From a virus (lineage: Duplodnaviria; Caudoviricetes): a DNA stretch of 64,000 nucleotides. The notes under the pieces were generated by a model that did no database searches, was not told the origin of the DNA, and saw only the letters and a list, made by a program, of their open reading frames with translations. Location: positions 1-64,000 of IMG/VR virus record IMGVR_UViG_3300024346_000030. The stretch is one strand, 5' to 3'. Each line of letters starts with the position of its first letter. Position 1 is the stretch's first letter. Positions 63,091 through 64,000 of this stretch are shown piece after piece. Made by a program: the position numbers and the translations under genes.

Positions 63091-64000
63091 ATGTCTCATC
63101 TATTAAAAGAATACCAAAACAGTTTAGGTGTCTCAGCAGAGAAGCCTATAATTAACAAGCACTTCTATCCCATTACCTGTGAAAAGTTTATTGTTTTTTA
63201 CAATGATGGCTTTGATAGTGATAAATTTTACCATCATTACGACCTTGTTCTTGGTTTGATATATGACTTCGTAGTTGATAATGATATCAAGGTTGTTTTT
63301 ATTGGCGAAGATAAAGGGTGTCCTCTGCAGGCTGACTTTGTTTTGAGCAACCTAACTTTCAGGCAAAGTTGCTACGTCATATCCAAAGCTTCTGTTTTGA
63401 TTTCTAGCGACAACTCGCTTAGTCATTATGCCAGCTCTGTTGGTGTTCCTATTGTAAACCTAATAAGCAAAAATTATCCTAGCGTAGCGAAACCTTTTTG
63501 GTCTACTGATAATAAAAATGCAATTAATATTAGCCCTAAATGGAGTGTCAAGCCATATCTGGTAACAAAAGACATGGAAGATTCTATAAACACTATACCA
63601 GCTGAAAGCGTGGCTAACTCCATTATAGGGTTGATTACTAACTGGACGGCTAAAAAGCTTAAATTCAAAACCAAACAAACAAATTCAATAAAGTCTCCAA
63701 AGGCTGATGTAATACCTAGTTGCGTTATCAATTCAACCGTACTTAATGAGTTTGAATATTTAAATGTAAGGTTGGATCTTTTAAATGAAGATTTGGATTC
63801 GAAAGCTTTGTTGCAGCTATTAGAGAGGCACAAATGCACCTTGTTTACAAAAGACAACTTAATAAACATTGATCCCCTTGCTCCTTACGCTTCTAATATA
63901 GAGAAAGTTTGCGTAATCTTAAACGAAGAACCTCCCCAAATAGAAGATTCGTATTTTGAGAAACTCAGAAGACTAAATATCGATTTTGAATTCTTGGTTG
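63091..64000 (+). CDS. GT9 (heptosyltransferase-like) protein; runs off the window edge
   Basis: Absent from the ORF track. ATG 63091 reads MSHLLKEYQNSLG..LTFRQSCYVISKASVLISSDNSLSHYASSVGVPIVNL, the GT9 C-terminal motif. Confidence 0.75.
   Translation, partial: MSHLLKEYQNSLGVSAEKPIINKHFYPITCEKFIVFYNDGFDSDKFYHHYDLVLGLIYDFVVDNDIKVVFIGEDKGCPLQADFVLSNLTFRQSCYVISKASVLISSDNSLSHYASSVGVPIVNLISKNYPSVAKPFWSTDNKNAINISPKWSVKPYLVTKDMEDSINTIPAESVANSIIGLITNWTAKKLKFKTKQTNSIKSPKADVIPSCVINSTVLNEFEYLNVRLDLLNEDLDSKALLQLLERHKCTLFTKDNLINIDPLAPYASNIEKVCVILNEEPPQIEDSYFEKLRRLNIDFEFLV

Noticed and set aside
1-64000. tRNA/rRNA genes, inteins, group I introns, integrase, tail sheath
   Set aside because: No cloverleaf in the intergenic gaps; terL, dnaB, dnaE and nrdA have normal lengths without splice motifs; no recombinase or sheath motifs were recognised. 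A tRNAscan/HMM run would be needed to exclude these formally

Overview
The window is a 64 kb segment of a large lytic tailed-phage genome, probably siphovirus-like: no sheath gene is seen, and there is a 2590-aa tape measure and a lambda gpM-like Dit. Layout: (i) 1-2 kb is a GC-richer, minus-strand early-like region with a secreted GH24 lysozyme, a methyltransferase, palindromic repeats and a strongly over-represented, strand-polarised CTGTTAG motif. (ii) 2.3-36 kb holds two free-standing endonucleases, a sigma factor, terminase, portal, protease/scaffold, capsid, an inverted block of neck genes and duplicated tail-tube genes, tape measure, tail tip genes and an Ig/BspA-LRR adhesin. (iii) 36-40 kb is a minus-strand block (FmdB-like, Hsp20, GT4, SSB, second sigma, dNMP kinase). 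(iv) 40-64 kb holds a class Id-like ribonucleotide reductase, a glycan-modification cluster with gmd, RecA, DnaB, primase, a Cas4-like nuclease, a three-part DNA Pol III (PHP / 3'-5' exonuclease / DnaE), a ClpC-like ATPase and more glycosyltransferases. The regulatory grammar can be read from the sequence: canonical sigma70 promoters whose -10 lies 4-6 nt before the start codon (leaderless mRNAs), a recurring GTGTA motif about 14 nt before structural genes (candidate late promoter), a sigma54-type site before hsp20, and tandem TGTTC-N4-GAACA-like boxes. Together these point, by inference only, to a Verrucomicrobiota/PVC host. All family assignments come from motif recognition by eye; no database search was run.
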